Below are positions 34,870 to 43,863 of a stretch of 64,000 nucleotides of DNA, in pieces. The notes below the pieces were generated by a model. It saw only the letters and a program-made list of their open reading frames with translations, did no database searches and was not told the DNA's origin. Position 1 is the stretch's first letter. The number at the start of each line of letters is the position of its first letter. A program made the translations under genes and the position numbers. Source of the DNA: an uncultured Gemmatimonadales bacterium (lineage in GTDB: Bacteria; Gemmatimonadota; Gemmatimonadetes; Gemmatimonadales; GWC2-71-9); the NCBI GenBank assembly GCA_963704805.1, contig CAVPHS010000002.1, forward strand, positions 260,709 through 324,708. The letters are read 5' to 3'.

Positions 34870-36680
34870 TAGCGAATCGGTGTCGGTGAGCTGAGCCCTG
34901 AGACGCCATTCTCATCGAAGCTCTCGATCGCTACCCAGTACCCCTGCCCCACCGTCAACGCGCGCAGCTCGAGCGTCGTCCCCTGATCGGCAAAGCGCTG
35001 GTAGGTCTCGTACAGCTTGGCTGGAGCGATTCCCCACCGCACGTTGTACCCGACGACACCGCGCACTGGCCGCCAGCTGATGACGGCATTGCGCTGATCG
35101 GTCTGGCGTCGCGCGTCGAGGCCGGCGGGCGTCGAGGGCCGCGATCCACCTCCGTTGCCGAAGACGCGGATGTCGCTGATCGCGAGGTTCGCGGCGCCGA
35201 CGTGAATGTGCTCGTACCGCACAAACCGGCCGCGGACCGAGGACGCCAACTCGAGGTAGGCATTGGGCCGATCGCGCTTTTCACTGGAGAGATCCGCGAT
35301 ATTCGTCCACTGACGACCGTCAATCGATGACTGAAGACGAAACTGCGTGTACACCGTCGAATCCGTCCCGTACAGTCCCGATTTGTAATCGGCGTAGTTG
35401 ACCTGAATCGCCTTGAGGTCGTACACGCGGCCGAGGTCGAGCGTCAGCCACTCGCCGGGCTTGTTTTCCCTTGCGACCCAGAACGTGCGCGGATTCTCGT
35501 CGGTGACGTTCTTCACCGGGAAGGTATCGAGCGTCGAGGACGCCGTGACCGCCTTGCGGTAGGAGAGCAGCATCCAGCCGGTAAACAGCTCGTCGCTCTT
35601 CTGCCACGCCTTGGTCGGCAGCCAGTGCGGAAAATCGCCGAAGCGGGTGTCGACGTACATCTGGCCGTCCGCATCGAAGCCGGCGGGGTGCAGCCCGATG
35701 CGGCGCTCGAAATTCCAGTTCACGGCAACCCACGGCGTCCCCGTATTCCACCAGTTGCCATACACGTCCTGGAACGTGTTGCCGTGTCCGGCGCCCTGCA
35801 CAAATCCGCCGGGTTTGTACGCGACCGGATTGTACGGCGCGTACGTGAACGGGCCGAGGGGGTCGTCGGCCGTGTAGACGCCGTTCGCGTAGACGTTGTA
35901 CTCGGTCCCCGGCGCGCCGTACTGCAGGTAGTAGCGTCCCCGGTACTTCGTCATCCAGGCGCCTTCAATGAACGGCTTGATCGTGGCGCGATGATCCTGG
36001 CCGAAGCGCTCCCAGCCGTGGTGCTCGGGGTCGAGACCGAACAACCACTTGGGCGTGCCTTTGTATTCCAGCTGCTTGCTCTTGTCGAGCTCGATGACGT
36101 GCAGCGGGTAGGCGTTCGACGAATTCCAATAGAGAAACCAGCGCTCCGTGTCGGGATCGTGGAAGAAGGCCGGGTCCCACGGCCCCGGCTGCACCGAGTC
36201 GGGTTTGGCGAGTGAGTCCGCTTCCCGCGCGCGCGCCATAGGCAGCCACGGCAACAGCCGGTTGTAGAAGTCGACGCGTCCCGACGCGGCGTCGGTGAGC
36301 AGCAGAATCGGCAGCGGGCTCGTGGTGCTGGGCAGCAGATAAATCGTGTCGCGCACCGCCAACGCGGCCGGCGCCACGATGTCATTGATGGGCCAGCGCG
36401 ACGGCGTGATGTGACGCCACGTGCCGAGGTCCGGCGATTCCCAATAGCCGTCGCCGATGGTCTCGAAGAGGTAGTACTTGCCGCGCTGGACGACGATGAC
36501 CGGGTCGGCGCCGGAGCGGTACGAGATGCCCTGGTTCTTCTGCTCGAAGTTGTAGCGGTAGTCGATGTCGATCGGATTGGCGTACGTGCGCTGGCGTGGT
36601 GTTTGGGCGGAAGCCGTGGCAGCGAGCACGGAGCAAAGAGCAACGAGCAGTTTATGGAAGCGCGTACGCGACATATGCAT
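34869..36680 (-). CDS. GH43-like glycoside hydrolase with F5/8-type-C (discoidin) and FN3-like C-terminal domains
   Basis: The ORF track gives 613 aa. I chose start M at 36680 (MHMSRTRFHKLLVALCSVLAATASA) to avoid overlap with the upstream gene. Motifs: SGADPVIVV, FIEGAWMTKYRGRYYLQY, ENPRTFWVA...WLTLDLG and ISWRPVRGVVGYNVRW. Confidence 0.75.
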   Translation of the reverse strand: MHMSRTRFHKLLVALCSVLAATASAQTPRQRTYANPIDIDYRYNFEQKNQGISYRSGADPVIVVQRGKYYLFETIGDGYWESPDLGTWRHITPSRWPINDIVAPAALAVRDTIYLLPSTTSPLPILLLTDAASGRVDFYNRLLPWLPMARAREADSLAKPDSVQPGPWDPAFFHDPDTERWFLYWNSSNAYPLHVIELDKSKQLEYKGTPKWLFGLDPEHHGWERFGQDHRATIKPFIEGAWMTKYRGRYYLQYGAPGTEYNVYANGVYTADDPLGPFTYAPYNPVAYKPGGFVQGAGHGNTFQDVYGNWWNTGTPWVAVNWNFERRIGLHPAGFDADGQMYVDTRFGDFPHWLPTKAWQKSDELFTGWMLLSYRKAVTASSTLDTFPVKNVTDENPRTFWVARENKPGEWLTLDLGRVYDLKAIQVNYADYKSGLYGTDSTVYTQFRLQSSIDGRQWTNIADLSSEKRDRPNAYLELASSVRGRFVRYEHIHVGAANLAISDIRVFGNGGGSRPSTPAGLDARRQTDQRNAVISWRPVRGVVGYNVRWGIAPAKLYETYQRFADQGTTLELRALTVGQGYWVAIESFDENGVSGLSSPTPIR

Positions 36681-38730
36681 CACTCGATTTTGAGCCGAGC
36701 TTCCCGCCACCCGCCGCGACGACGACGAACTGTTTCCCCGCTACCGCAAAAGTACTTGGCGTCGCGTAGCCTGGTGCGGGCAGGATAGTCTCCCACAACA
36801 GGCGCCCGGTCTTCTTGTCGAACGCCCGGAACTTCGCGTCCTGGGTCGCGGCGATGAACAGCAATCCGCCGGCCGTGACGATCGGTCCGCCGTACTGCTC
36901 GGTCCCGGTGATCGGGACGCCACGCGCCGTCAGCTCCGGAAACTCACCGAGCGGGATTCTCCAGCGATAGTCGCCCGTGTTGAGATCGATCGCGCTCAAC
37001 GTGCCCCACGGCGGTTTTATCGCCGGGTAGCCGTTCGAGTCTTTCCAGCGCTCGTAGCCGACGAATTCATAGGCCGATGTCCGCTGCACTCCGTGTGACA
37101 CAGTATCGCCCGCAGGCACACTGTAGCCGAGGTACATGAGCAACGCGCGGCGCTCAGTTCCCCGCAGGTTGGCGAATGAGGGCATGAACCCGCGACCCCC
37201 GTCCAGAATGTCTGTCACCGTCTCGAGCGGCAGTCGGTCGGGAATCCCGATGAGCGACGGGGCGCGGTCCCGGCCGCGGCGGTCGAGTCCGTGGCAGCCC
37301 GCGCATGCGGCCGCGTAGACGGCGGCGCCCGAGCGAGGCCTGGCCGTCGCGGGCGGGATGCTCGCCGACTCGCGCATCGCGGCAATCCAGGGAACGTCAC
37401 TCGCATTCACGTAGATCACGCCGTCCGGGTCGACCGCCGCGCCGCCCCACTCCCCGCCCCCGTCGAAGCCAGGCAGGACGACCGTTCCCTGCCGGCTGGG
37501 CGGCATGAAGAGCGATCCGCGCTTGAGCGAGCCGAACCGCTTTACGTCGGTGACATCGGATTCGCCAATCGCCTGGCGTGCGAACGGTATCGGCTTGAGT
37601 GGAAATGGCTGCGTCGGCCACGCGCGCTCGCCCGGCAGATCGGACGCGGGGACCGGCCGTTCCTCGATCGGAAAGAGCGGCTTCCCCGTCTCGCGCTCGA
37701 ACAAGAAAACGAATCCGCTCTTCGTGATCTGTGCGACGGCGTCGATGCGCGAGGGATGACGCGTCAGCGTGACGAGATTCGGCGCGGCGGGGAGATCGCG
37801 GTCCCACAGATCGTGGTGCACGGTCTGGAAGTGCCACAGCCGCTTGCCCGTCGCCGCATCGAGGGCGAGGAGCGTGTTCGCGAACAGATTGGCGCCGGCG
37901 CGGTCCGCGCCGTAGAAATCGGGCGTCGCCGACCCTGTCGGCACGTACACGATGCCGCGCCGCACGTCGACCGTCATCCCGGCCCACGAATTTGCGCCCC
38001 CCGCTGTTCGCCACGCCTCGACTGGCCATGTGTCGTAGCCGAATTCTCCAGGCCGCGGAATGGTGTGAAAGCTCCACCGCAGCGCGCCCGTTCGCACGTC
38101 ATAGGCGCGGACATCACCCGGCGCGGAGCCTTCCTCCTCCCCCACCCGTGTCCCCTGGATGAGCAGATCCTTGTAAATGACGCCAGGCGTCGTGGCGACG
38201 AGATAGGCATCGCCGATGTCGCGCCCGAGGCCTGCCGCGAGATCGACGGAGCCGGAATCGCCGAATGTCTCGATCGGCCGTCCCGTCGTCGCGTCGAGCG
38301 CATAGAGGTGACGGCCGGCGGTGAAAAGAATCCGTCGATCGTCACCCTTGGACCAGTAAACGACGCCGCGATTGACATGGTTGAAAGCGGTGCGTGGTGC
38401 GTAGTGCGTGGTGCGGGGGTCGAATTTCCAGATCAGTGTACCCTTGCCGGCATGCAGCGCGATCACGGCAAGAGCGGGCGTCGTCGTGTAGAGGATTCCG
38501 TTCACCACGATCGGCGTTGCCTGGATCTCGCCGTGACCGTCCGCGGGCAGATCGCCGGTGTGATACGTCCACGCCACGCGCAGCTGCGCGACGTTCTGCG
38601 TGTTGATCTGGTCGAGTGTGGAGTAGCGGGTGTTGCCGGGATCGCCGCCGGTGACGCGCCAGTCGCCCGGGGGGGGCGAGGATGGACTCGTCGCGCAGGC
38701 AGCGACGAGGAGGAGCACGGCGAGTCTCAA
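36652..38730 (-). CDS. PQQ-dependent (quinoprotein) dehydrogenase with an inserted c-type cytochrome domain
   Basis: 692-aa ORF. The N-terminus reads GGDPGNTRYSTLDQINTQNVAQLRVAWTY. Propeller W-motifs run throughout. A haem site CAGCHG lies inside the propeller region, and propeller sequence resumes after it (GTLSAIDLNTGDYRWR). Confidence 0.85.
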   Translation of the reverse strand: MRLAVLLLVAACATSPSSPPPGDWRVTGGDPGNTRYSTLDQINTQNVAQLRVAWTYHTGDLPADGHGEIQATPIVVNGILYTTTPALAVIALHAGKGTLIWKFDPRTTHYAPRTAFNHVNRGVVYWSKGDDRRILFTAGRHLYALDATTGRPIETFGDSGSVDLAAGLGRDIGDAYLVATTPGVIYKDLLIQGTRVGEEEGSAPGDVRAYDVRTGALRWSFHTIPRPGEFGYDTWPVEAWRTAGGANSWAGMTVDVRRGIVYVPTGSATPDFYGADRAGANLFANTLLALDAATGKRLWHFQTVHHDLWDRDLPAAPNLVTLTRHPSRIDAVAQITKSGFVFLFERETGKPLFPIEERPVPASDLPGERAWPTQPFPLKPIPFARQAIGESDVTDVKRFGSLKRGSLFMPPSRQGTVVLPGFDGGGEWGGAAVDPDGVIYVNASDVPWIAAMRESASIPPATARPRSGAAVYAAACAGCHGLDRRGRDRAPSLIGIPDRLPLETVTDILDGGRGFMPSFANLRGTERRALLMYLGYSVPAGDTVSHGVQRTSAYEFVGYERWKDSNGYPAIKPPWGTLSAIDLNTGDYRWRIPLGEFPELTARGVPITGTEQYGGPIVTAGGLLFIAATQDAKFRAFDKKTGRLLWETILPAPGYATPSTFAVAGKQFVVVAAGGGKLGSKSSDAYVAYALP

Positions 38731-39167
38731 CCTACACGGCGCTCGTCACGATACTTCACGAACACGGTGCGGTTCGGTCGCTGCGGACCGAGCGTCGTCA
38801 TGCCGAGTTTGCCGGCGATCGCGCGCGCCGCCTCGTTGGTGTCGTCGATGCAGGCGATGACGCGGTCGAGCTTGGCCGTGTTGAATGCCCAATCGAGCGC
38901 CAGTTGGCAGGCCTGCTTCGCCATCCCGCGTGTTTGCACCTCCGAGCGCATCGCGCACACCAGCTCGAAGTCGTTCGCATCGGTGGCCTGTGATTTGAGC
39001 AATCCCGCGAAGCCGAGCGGCACCGCCCCTTCCATCACGGCGAAGAGGTGGTGCGCCTGGCGCGCCTCCGGGCCTGGCAACGTGCCGATGGACTCCCACA
39101 CGTCATCCTGCAGCTGCAGGGAGTTGAGGAGCGCGGTGTGCGAATCGTTCAGCGGCCGAAGTTCCAT
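38727..39167 (-). CDS. GNAT-family N-acetyltransferase
   Basis: 146-aa ORF. RGMAKQACQLALDWAF...IDDTNEAARAIAGKLGM resembles the acetyl-CoA-binding core. Confidence 0.8.
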   Translation of the reverse strand: MELRPLNDSHTALLNSLQLQDDVWESIGTLPGPEARQAHHLFAVMEGAVPLGFAGLLKSQATDANDFELVCAMRSEVQTRGMAKQACQLALDWAFNTAKLDRVIACIDDTNEAARAIAGKLGMTTLGPQRPNRTVFVKYRDERRVG

Positions 39168-39985
39168 TACTTGAATCCTTGAGCATTCAACCAGTTATAG
39201 AATGCGTCGATCCAGTGATCGCTGCTGGTGCCCTGTTGCTTGAGACCGAAGCCGTGCCCACCCTTGCTGAAAATATGAACCTCCGGCGCGTTGCCCGCTT
39301 TGGTCAGCGCGTCCTGAAACCTGACCACGTAGTCGCGCGCCACAGGATCATCCTGCGCCCACGCGAGGAATGTGGGCGGGAGCTTTGCCGGAATCACCGG
39401 CATCTTCCCGAACGGGGCCCCGTAGATCAACGCCGCAAAGCTCGGCCGCGCGGCACTGTCCGGCTGCAGCAGGACGCCGCTCGTAACCATCGCCCCCGCC
39501 GAGAATCCTATGAAACCGATCCTGTCGGGAGTGAGCCCCCATTCGCCGGCCCGTTGCCGGACGACCTTGAGCGCCTGGATTCCGTCCGCGATGCCGTAGC
39601 GGCCGGCCGTATCCATATCCATGGACGGAATACCTTCCCCCACCTTTTCGACGATGCGGTACTTGAGCACGAAGGCGGCGATCCCTTTTTCCTGGAGCCA
39701 CCGTGCCAACGGGTTGCCCTCGAGGTCGATGGCGAGCGCCACAAAGGCGCCGCCCGGCGCGATGATGACGCCGGTGCCGGTCGCTTTGGATTTCTCGGGG
39801 AGATACGCCGTCAACGTCGGGGTGACGACGTTGAAGATGACGGTGCCGATGGGGGTGTTCTCGATGACCCGCTCTTGCTGCTTCCACCCTTCCGAGCCGG
39901 GAGCCGGGCCGGGCCACACGTTGAAGGTTTGGCCTTGCGCCGTACCTAACGCGACGAGCGTGGCGACCGCCACGACGCCGAGCAC
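39167..39985 (-). CDS. Secreted alpha/beta hydrolase (esterase/lipase-type)
   Basis: The ORF track extends to 40162, which would overlap the divergent gene at 40082. I chose in-frame GTG at 39985 as a provisional start (signal-like LGVVAVATLVALGTAQG). Motifs: IIAPGGAF, GFIGFSAGA (GxSxG) and GGHGF. Confidence 0.7.
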   Translation of the reverse strand: MLGVVAVATLVALGTAQGQTFNVWPGPAPGSEGWKQQERVIENTPIGTVIFNVVTPTLTAYLPEKSKATGTGVIIAPGGAFVALAIDLEGNPLARWLQEKGIAAFVLKYRIVEKVGEGIPSMDMDTAGRYGIADGIQALKVVRQRAGEWGLTPDRIGFIGFSAGAMVTSGVLLQPDSAARPSFAALIYGAPFGKMPVIPAKLPPTFLAWAQDDPVARDYVVRFQDALTKAGNAPEVHIFSKGGHGFGLKQQGTSSDHWIDAFYNWLNAQGFK

Positions 39986-40081
39986 GCGCAGCGCGCCCCA
40001 AACGTCATACTCCCTTGGGTCGGTTGACGTAATGCCCTCCTGGTGCGTAGGGTAAGATAAGCCGGTACAAGTGAGGTCGTC

Positions 40082-40837
40082 ATGACTGGTCTTCGCCTGG
40101 TGAGGGCTCTGCTGCTCACCGCAACCGCGATCACGGTGATCGCGCCACCGTCGCATGCGCAACGCGCTGGCGACGGTTTCTTATTTCATGCACCGTCGGG
40201 CTCGTGGACATTCCGGGGCGGGGTCGCAACTGCTACGGGAAACAGCGATATCTTCGCGGACGTGACGGATCAGCTCACTGTCGATCGCTCCGACTTTAGC
40301 TCGCCCACATTCGGTACAGCCTTGGCCATCAGCGTGTCGGCGCGGAATGACATCGTGCTCGACATCAGCTACGCGACTGTCAGCCGGACGTCCGAGTTCC
40401 GCGATTGGGTCGACAACAACGATCAGCCGATCCAGCAGGAGACGTCGCTCCGCCGCATCCCGATCACGCTCGGGTTCCGGCACTACATCACCCCCCGCGG
40501 GCGGCCGATCGGCCAGTTCGCCTGGATCCCGGCTCGGCGCGCCCTGTACGCCACCGTCGGCGGCGGCATGATGGAGTACAAGTTCCACCAGGTGGGCGAC
40601 TTCATCGATTTCACCTCGCTTAATGTCTTCCACGACGAATTCGTATCCCAGGCGTGGACACCGGTCGTCCATGCGGCCCTCGGCCTCGACCTCGCGCTCG
40701 GCAGCTTCACGATGGTGACGACCGAGGCTCGCTACAGCTACGCGAGAGGGCCAATGAGCGCCGATTTCGTCGACTTCAACAACATCGATCTGTCCGGTTT
40801 GTCGGTGACGGCGGGCCTGACGTTCCGCCTCTATTAA
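40082..40837 (+). CDS. Putative outer-membrane beta-barrel protein
   Basis: 251-aa ORF with the signal peptide MTGLRLVRALLLTATAITVIAPPSHAQ. It shows alternating-hydrophobic beta-strand patterning and ends GLSVTAGLTFRLY. Confidence 0.5.
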   Translation: MTGLRLVRALLLTATAITVIAPPSHAQRAGDGFLFHAPSGSWTFRGGVATATGNSDIFADVTDQLTVDRSDFSSPTFGTALAISVSARNDIVLDISYATVSRTSEFRDWVDNNDQPIQQETSLRRIPITLGFRHYITPRGRPIGQFAWIPARRALYATVGGGMMEYKFHQVGDFIDFTSLNVFHDEFVSQAWTPVVHAALGLDLALGSFTMVTTEARYSYARGPMSADFVDFNNIDLSGLSVTAGLTFRLY

Positions 40838-40848
40838 GGAAGGCGCGT

Positions 40849-42060
40849 ATGCGAATCCCAATTCCAACATTGCTGGTCGCGGCCGCGCTCCTCGCCATCG
40901 GAACGCCCCCTCCGGCAGAGGCACAGAACACCACGGTCGACTCGCGCTGGATTGCGTACATCGGGTGCTGGAAGCTGATCGGTCCCCGGCAGACCCTGGC
41001 CTGCGTCGTGCCCGCCGCGAACAGCGGAGCCGTCGATCTCGTGACCATTGAAAACAGCGAGGTCGTCAAGGCGGAACAGATTGTCGCCGGTGGCCGGCGT
41101 CTCGAGACGGCCCATGGTGAATGCACCGGTTGGCAAAGCGCCGAGTGGTCGGCAGTCAGCGATCGACTGTATCTGCATTCGGAGGAGAGTTGCCCCGGTT
41201 GGGGCACGCGCACCGGGAGCGGCGTCCTTGCGCTGACGCGCGAGGGACAACTGCTGTACATCCAGGGCAGCACCGTCGGATTGAAAACCGGCGTGCATGT
41301 GCAGCGCTATCGCGAGATCACGGACAGTCTCGCATTGCCGAGCGAGGTCCAGGACGCGCTGGACGCGCTGCAACTCGATCTCACCGCGGTAAGCCAGGCC
41401 CGCGCCACTGCGAAGGCGCCGTTGGCACTCGAGGATCTGGCCGAAGCCTCACGCCAAGTCGACCTGGACGTGGTAGAGGCGTGGCTGGTCGAGCGCGGCT
41501 CATCGTTTAACCTCGACGGTAAGCGGTTGGTCTCGCTCGCCAAAGCCGGCATACCCTCCAGGATCACCGATCTCATGATCGCGTTGTCCTATCCCGGTGT
41601 CTTCGCGATCGACGCCGCCGCGCACCGCGGTGAACGGCGCGGCGACACCACCCTGGCGTACGGCTCAGGAGCGCCGATGTACCCGGTGAGCTCCTCGTAC
41701 GGCAGCTGCGGACTGGAGTATCTGCCGTTCTCCTACGACTCGTACTACTGCGACGGCTTTGGGTTTGGATATCCGTACGGGTACGGGTACGACTACTATC
41801 AGCACAATTATCCGGTCATCATCATCTTCACCGGTTCGAGTGGCGGCGGTGGTGGGGGGGGGCCAAGCGAGTCCCGTTCTCACGGCCGCGTGATCCACGG
41901 CCGCGGCTATCAGGAAGGCCCGGGCGCGAACGCAGACGTGGCTCGGTGGGGTGAGCCGCGCTCCTCGTCGTCCACTGGATCAAGCTCCGGTGCCGCCGCC
42001 GCGCCGCCCGCGTCGAGCTCATCTTCTGGAGAGCAGCGCACCGCGAAGCCGCGGCCCTAA
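40849..42060 (+). CDS. Secreted hypothetical protein with a Tyr/Gly-rich segment and a Gly/Ser-rich tail
   Basis: The ORF track starts at 40654, inside the upstream gene. ATG at 40849 lies 5 nt after AAGGAAGG and gives the signal peptide MRIPIPTLLVAAALLAIGTPPPAEAQ. The C-terminal region contains YYCDGFGFGYPYGYGYDYYQHNY. Confidence 0.6.
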   Translation: MRIPIPTLLVAAALLAIGTPPPAEAQNTTVDSRWIAYIGCWKLIGPRQTLACVVPAANSGAVDLVTIENSEVVKAEQIVAGGRRLETAHGECTGWQSAEWSAVSDRLYLHSEESCPGWGTRTGSGVLALTREGQLLYIQGSTVGLKTGVHVQRYREITDSLALPSEVQDALDALQLDLTAVSQARATAKAPLALEDLAEASRQVDLDVVEAWLVERGSSFNLDGKRLVSLAKAGIPSRITDLMIALSYPGVFAIDAAAHRGERRGDTTLAYGSGAPMYPVSSSYGSCGLEYLPFSYDSYYCDGFGFGYPYGYGYDYYQHNYPVIIIFTGSSGGGGGGGPSESRSHGRVIHGRGYQEGPGANADVARWGEPRSSSSTGSSSGAAAAPPASSSSSGEQRTAKPRP

Positions 42061-42109
42061 ACGGACGGCCGGACGGTCGGTTGAACTGCGGTTGAGATGC
42101 GCCGATTAG

Positions 42110-42295
42110 CCTTCGGGCACGAATGCGTATGAACGGCTCGAGGCTTGGCAGGCGGCGCACCAATTTGTCCTCGCCATCTATCGCACGACCCGCGCGTTCC
42201 CAACCGAGGAACGCTTCGGGCTGCGTGATCAGATGGGGCGTTTGACGTGGGGTCTGTATGCTTCGATGCGCCGAGCAGCCGATCGCGCAGGATAG
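42110..42295 (+). pseudogene. Decayed remnant of a four-helix-bundle (23S rRNA intervening-sequence protein family) gene
   Basis: The frame after TAG (42107..42109) reads PSGTNAYERLEAWQAAHQFVLAIYRTTRAFPTEERFGLRDQM[GRLTWGLYASM]RRAADRAG*. This matches the family N-terminal pattern (E.L.AWQ.A..L...IY..T..FP..E.FGL..Q.RRAA). It has no start codon and only about half the usual length. Confidence 0.5.
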
Positions 42296-42299
42296 CCAC

Positions 42300-42331
42300 G
42301 GCCGTCCGACCGTCGCGGCCGTCCGACCGTC
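42300..42331. repeat. Direct 15-bp repeat GGCCGTCCGACCGTC x2 (2-nt spacer), with an inverted partner at 42061..42080
   Basis: The two units are at 42300..42314 and 42317..42331. The reverse complement of 42061..42080 (CCGACCGTCCGGCCGTCCGT) matches the repeat junction at 19 positions with one 1-nt bulge. Confidence 0.85.
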
Positions 42332-42340
42332 AGAAGTGAA

Positions 42341-43855
42341 TCACGGCGTCGCCGAGTTGCTCACGAACGCCAGTCGCCGGCCGTCCGGCGACCACGACGG
42401 AACGTTGATCGTTCCCTGACCACCGTACAGATAGGCGATGACTCGCGCCGGTCCACCACCGACGGGCATCAATCGCAGCAGCACGTGCTTGTAGAACGGA
42501 TGATCGTCCGGCGCGACGTCCGGACCAAAGGCGAGATACACGATCCATTTGCCGTCTGGCGAAATGTGCGGGAACCAGTTGTTGAAGCCGTCGTTCGTGA
42601 TCTGCTCCTGGGCGGTCCCATCGGGTCGCATCCGCCAGATCTGCATCCGTCCACTGCGCGACGAGTTGAAGTAGATGTAGGTGCCGTCGGGCGTGTACTC
42701 CGGTCCGTCATCGAGGCCCGGCGCGGTGGTGAGGCGGATCTCGTCGCCTCCGCTCGCGGAGATCTTGTAAATGTCCAGCGAGTCGTTGCGCTCGCCCACA
42801 TAGACCAGCCACCGGCCATCGGGTGACCAACCGTGCAGGTACGATGGTCCTTTGGCGGTGATGCGGGTTGGGGTGCCGCCGGTCGCCGCGAGCGTGTAGA
42901 CAATCGACGCCCCGCTGTCCTCCACCGCATGGTGACTGATGCCCAGCCTCCGGCCGTCAAACGACAGCACGTGGTCATTGTTGTTGCGCGTCGCAAACCC
43001 TGTGTTGATCGCTGCGGCCGAGCGCGTCGAGAGATCGAAGCGGAAGAGGCGTCCCTCTTGCGCGTAAATGAGGGCCTTGCCGTCGCGAGTCCAGTTGGGC
43101 GCCTGAAACGATCCGCCGTACTGGTGCACAATCGTCGCGTGCCCCGTCGTAACGTCGAGAACTTCGAGGTTCGAGCCGAGGTAATCGCGGTAGGCGACGA
43201 AGTCTCGCTGCGCGGGCGTCGTGATGCGGACGTTGCTGAACGTGGCCCGCTCCGTGACCGTGTCGTTGTGCGCGCACACGAACACGCCGACGTAGACGGT
43301 ATCGGGGAGTGCGACGTCGGCGAGTCGCTGTGTGACGAGCGTGTCACCGAATTGCGCCACCGACATGAAGTACGCACCATCGCGCCGCTCGAGCTGGATG
43401 ACCGCGTCGGCGTTGGGAAGGCTGTCGGCCGACTTCGCCTCCTCCGTCATGGCGCCGGTCTGCCGCCGGAACTGGAGCGACATCAAGCCGTTGCCGTGCA
43501 ACGCCGCGGTGACGTGCGCGCTGCCGGGATCAAGTGATGGACGAATGGTCCAGCCGATCTTGCGATGCTCCTCCACGCCCGCGCCGATGAAGCGCGCCCG
43601 CGTGGAGAGGATGAAGTTGCCGGTGAGCCGTTTCCAGACGAAATGAAAATCGTCGCGGGAGTCCCACATGTTCTGACCCGACCCCGTAATCTGGTACGTC
43701 TGCGACTGGGGGTCGTACGACGCGGAACCTCTTGCCCGCCCGACGTCCGTGTGCGTCGCAAAGACGCCGACCGGACTCTGAGCGCTGAGGACTTCGCCGC
43801 AGACGGCGGCAGTTAGCACGAGCGCGCGCAGGCTGCGGCGCGGTGAAAAATTCAT
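42341..43855 (-). CDS. Secreted protein: N-terminal lectin/ConA-like region + TolB-like PD40 beta-propeller
   Basis: 504-aa ORF with a signal peptide. PD40 repeats include WSPDGRWLVYV, YTPDGTYIYF, ISPDGKWIVY and WSPDGRRLAF. Confidence 0.75.
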   Translation of the reverse strand: MNFSPRRSLRALVLTAAVCGEVLSAQSPVGVFATHTDVGRARGSASYDPQSQTYQITGSGQNMWDSRDDFHFVWKRLTGNFILSTRARFIGAGVEEHRKIGWTIRPSLDPGSAHVTAALHGNGLMSLQFRRQTGAMTEEAKSADSLPNADAVIQLERRDGAYFMSVAQFGDTLVTQRLADVALPDTVYVGVFVCAHNDTVTERATFSNVRITTPAQRDFVAYRDYLGSNLEVLDVTTGHATIVHQYGGSFQAPNWTRDGKALIYAQEGRLFRFDLSTRSAAAINTGFATRNNNDHVLSFDGRRLGISHHAVEDSGASIVYTLAATGGTPTRITAKGPSYLHGWSPDGRWLVYVGERNDSLDIYKISASGGDEIRLTTAPGLDDGPEYTPDGTYIYFNSSRSGRMQIWRMRPDGTAQEQITNDGFNNWFPHISPDGKWIVYLAFGPDVAPDDHPFYKHVLLRLMPVGGGPARVIAYLYGGQGTINVPSWSPDGRRLAFVSNSATP

Positions 43856-43863
43856 TCCCTAAT

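Noticed and set aside
39985-40008. Possible fourth homopolymer frameshift at the esterase start: ATG 40008 with G4 changed to G5 would give MTFGGALRVLGVV...
   Set aside because: An in-frame GTG at 39985 already yields a plausible signal peptide, and the SD-like GGGAG is only 1 nt from that ATG. The evidence is insufficient.
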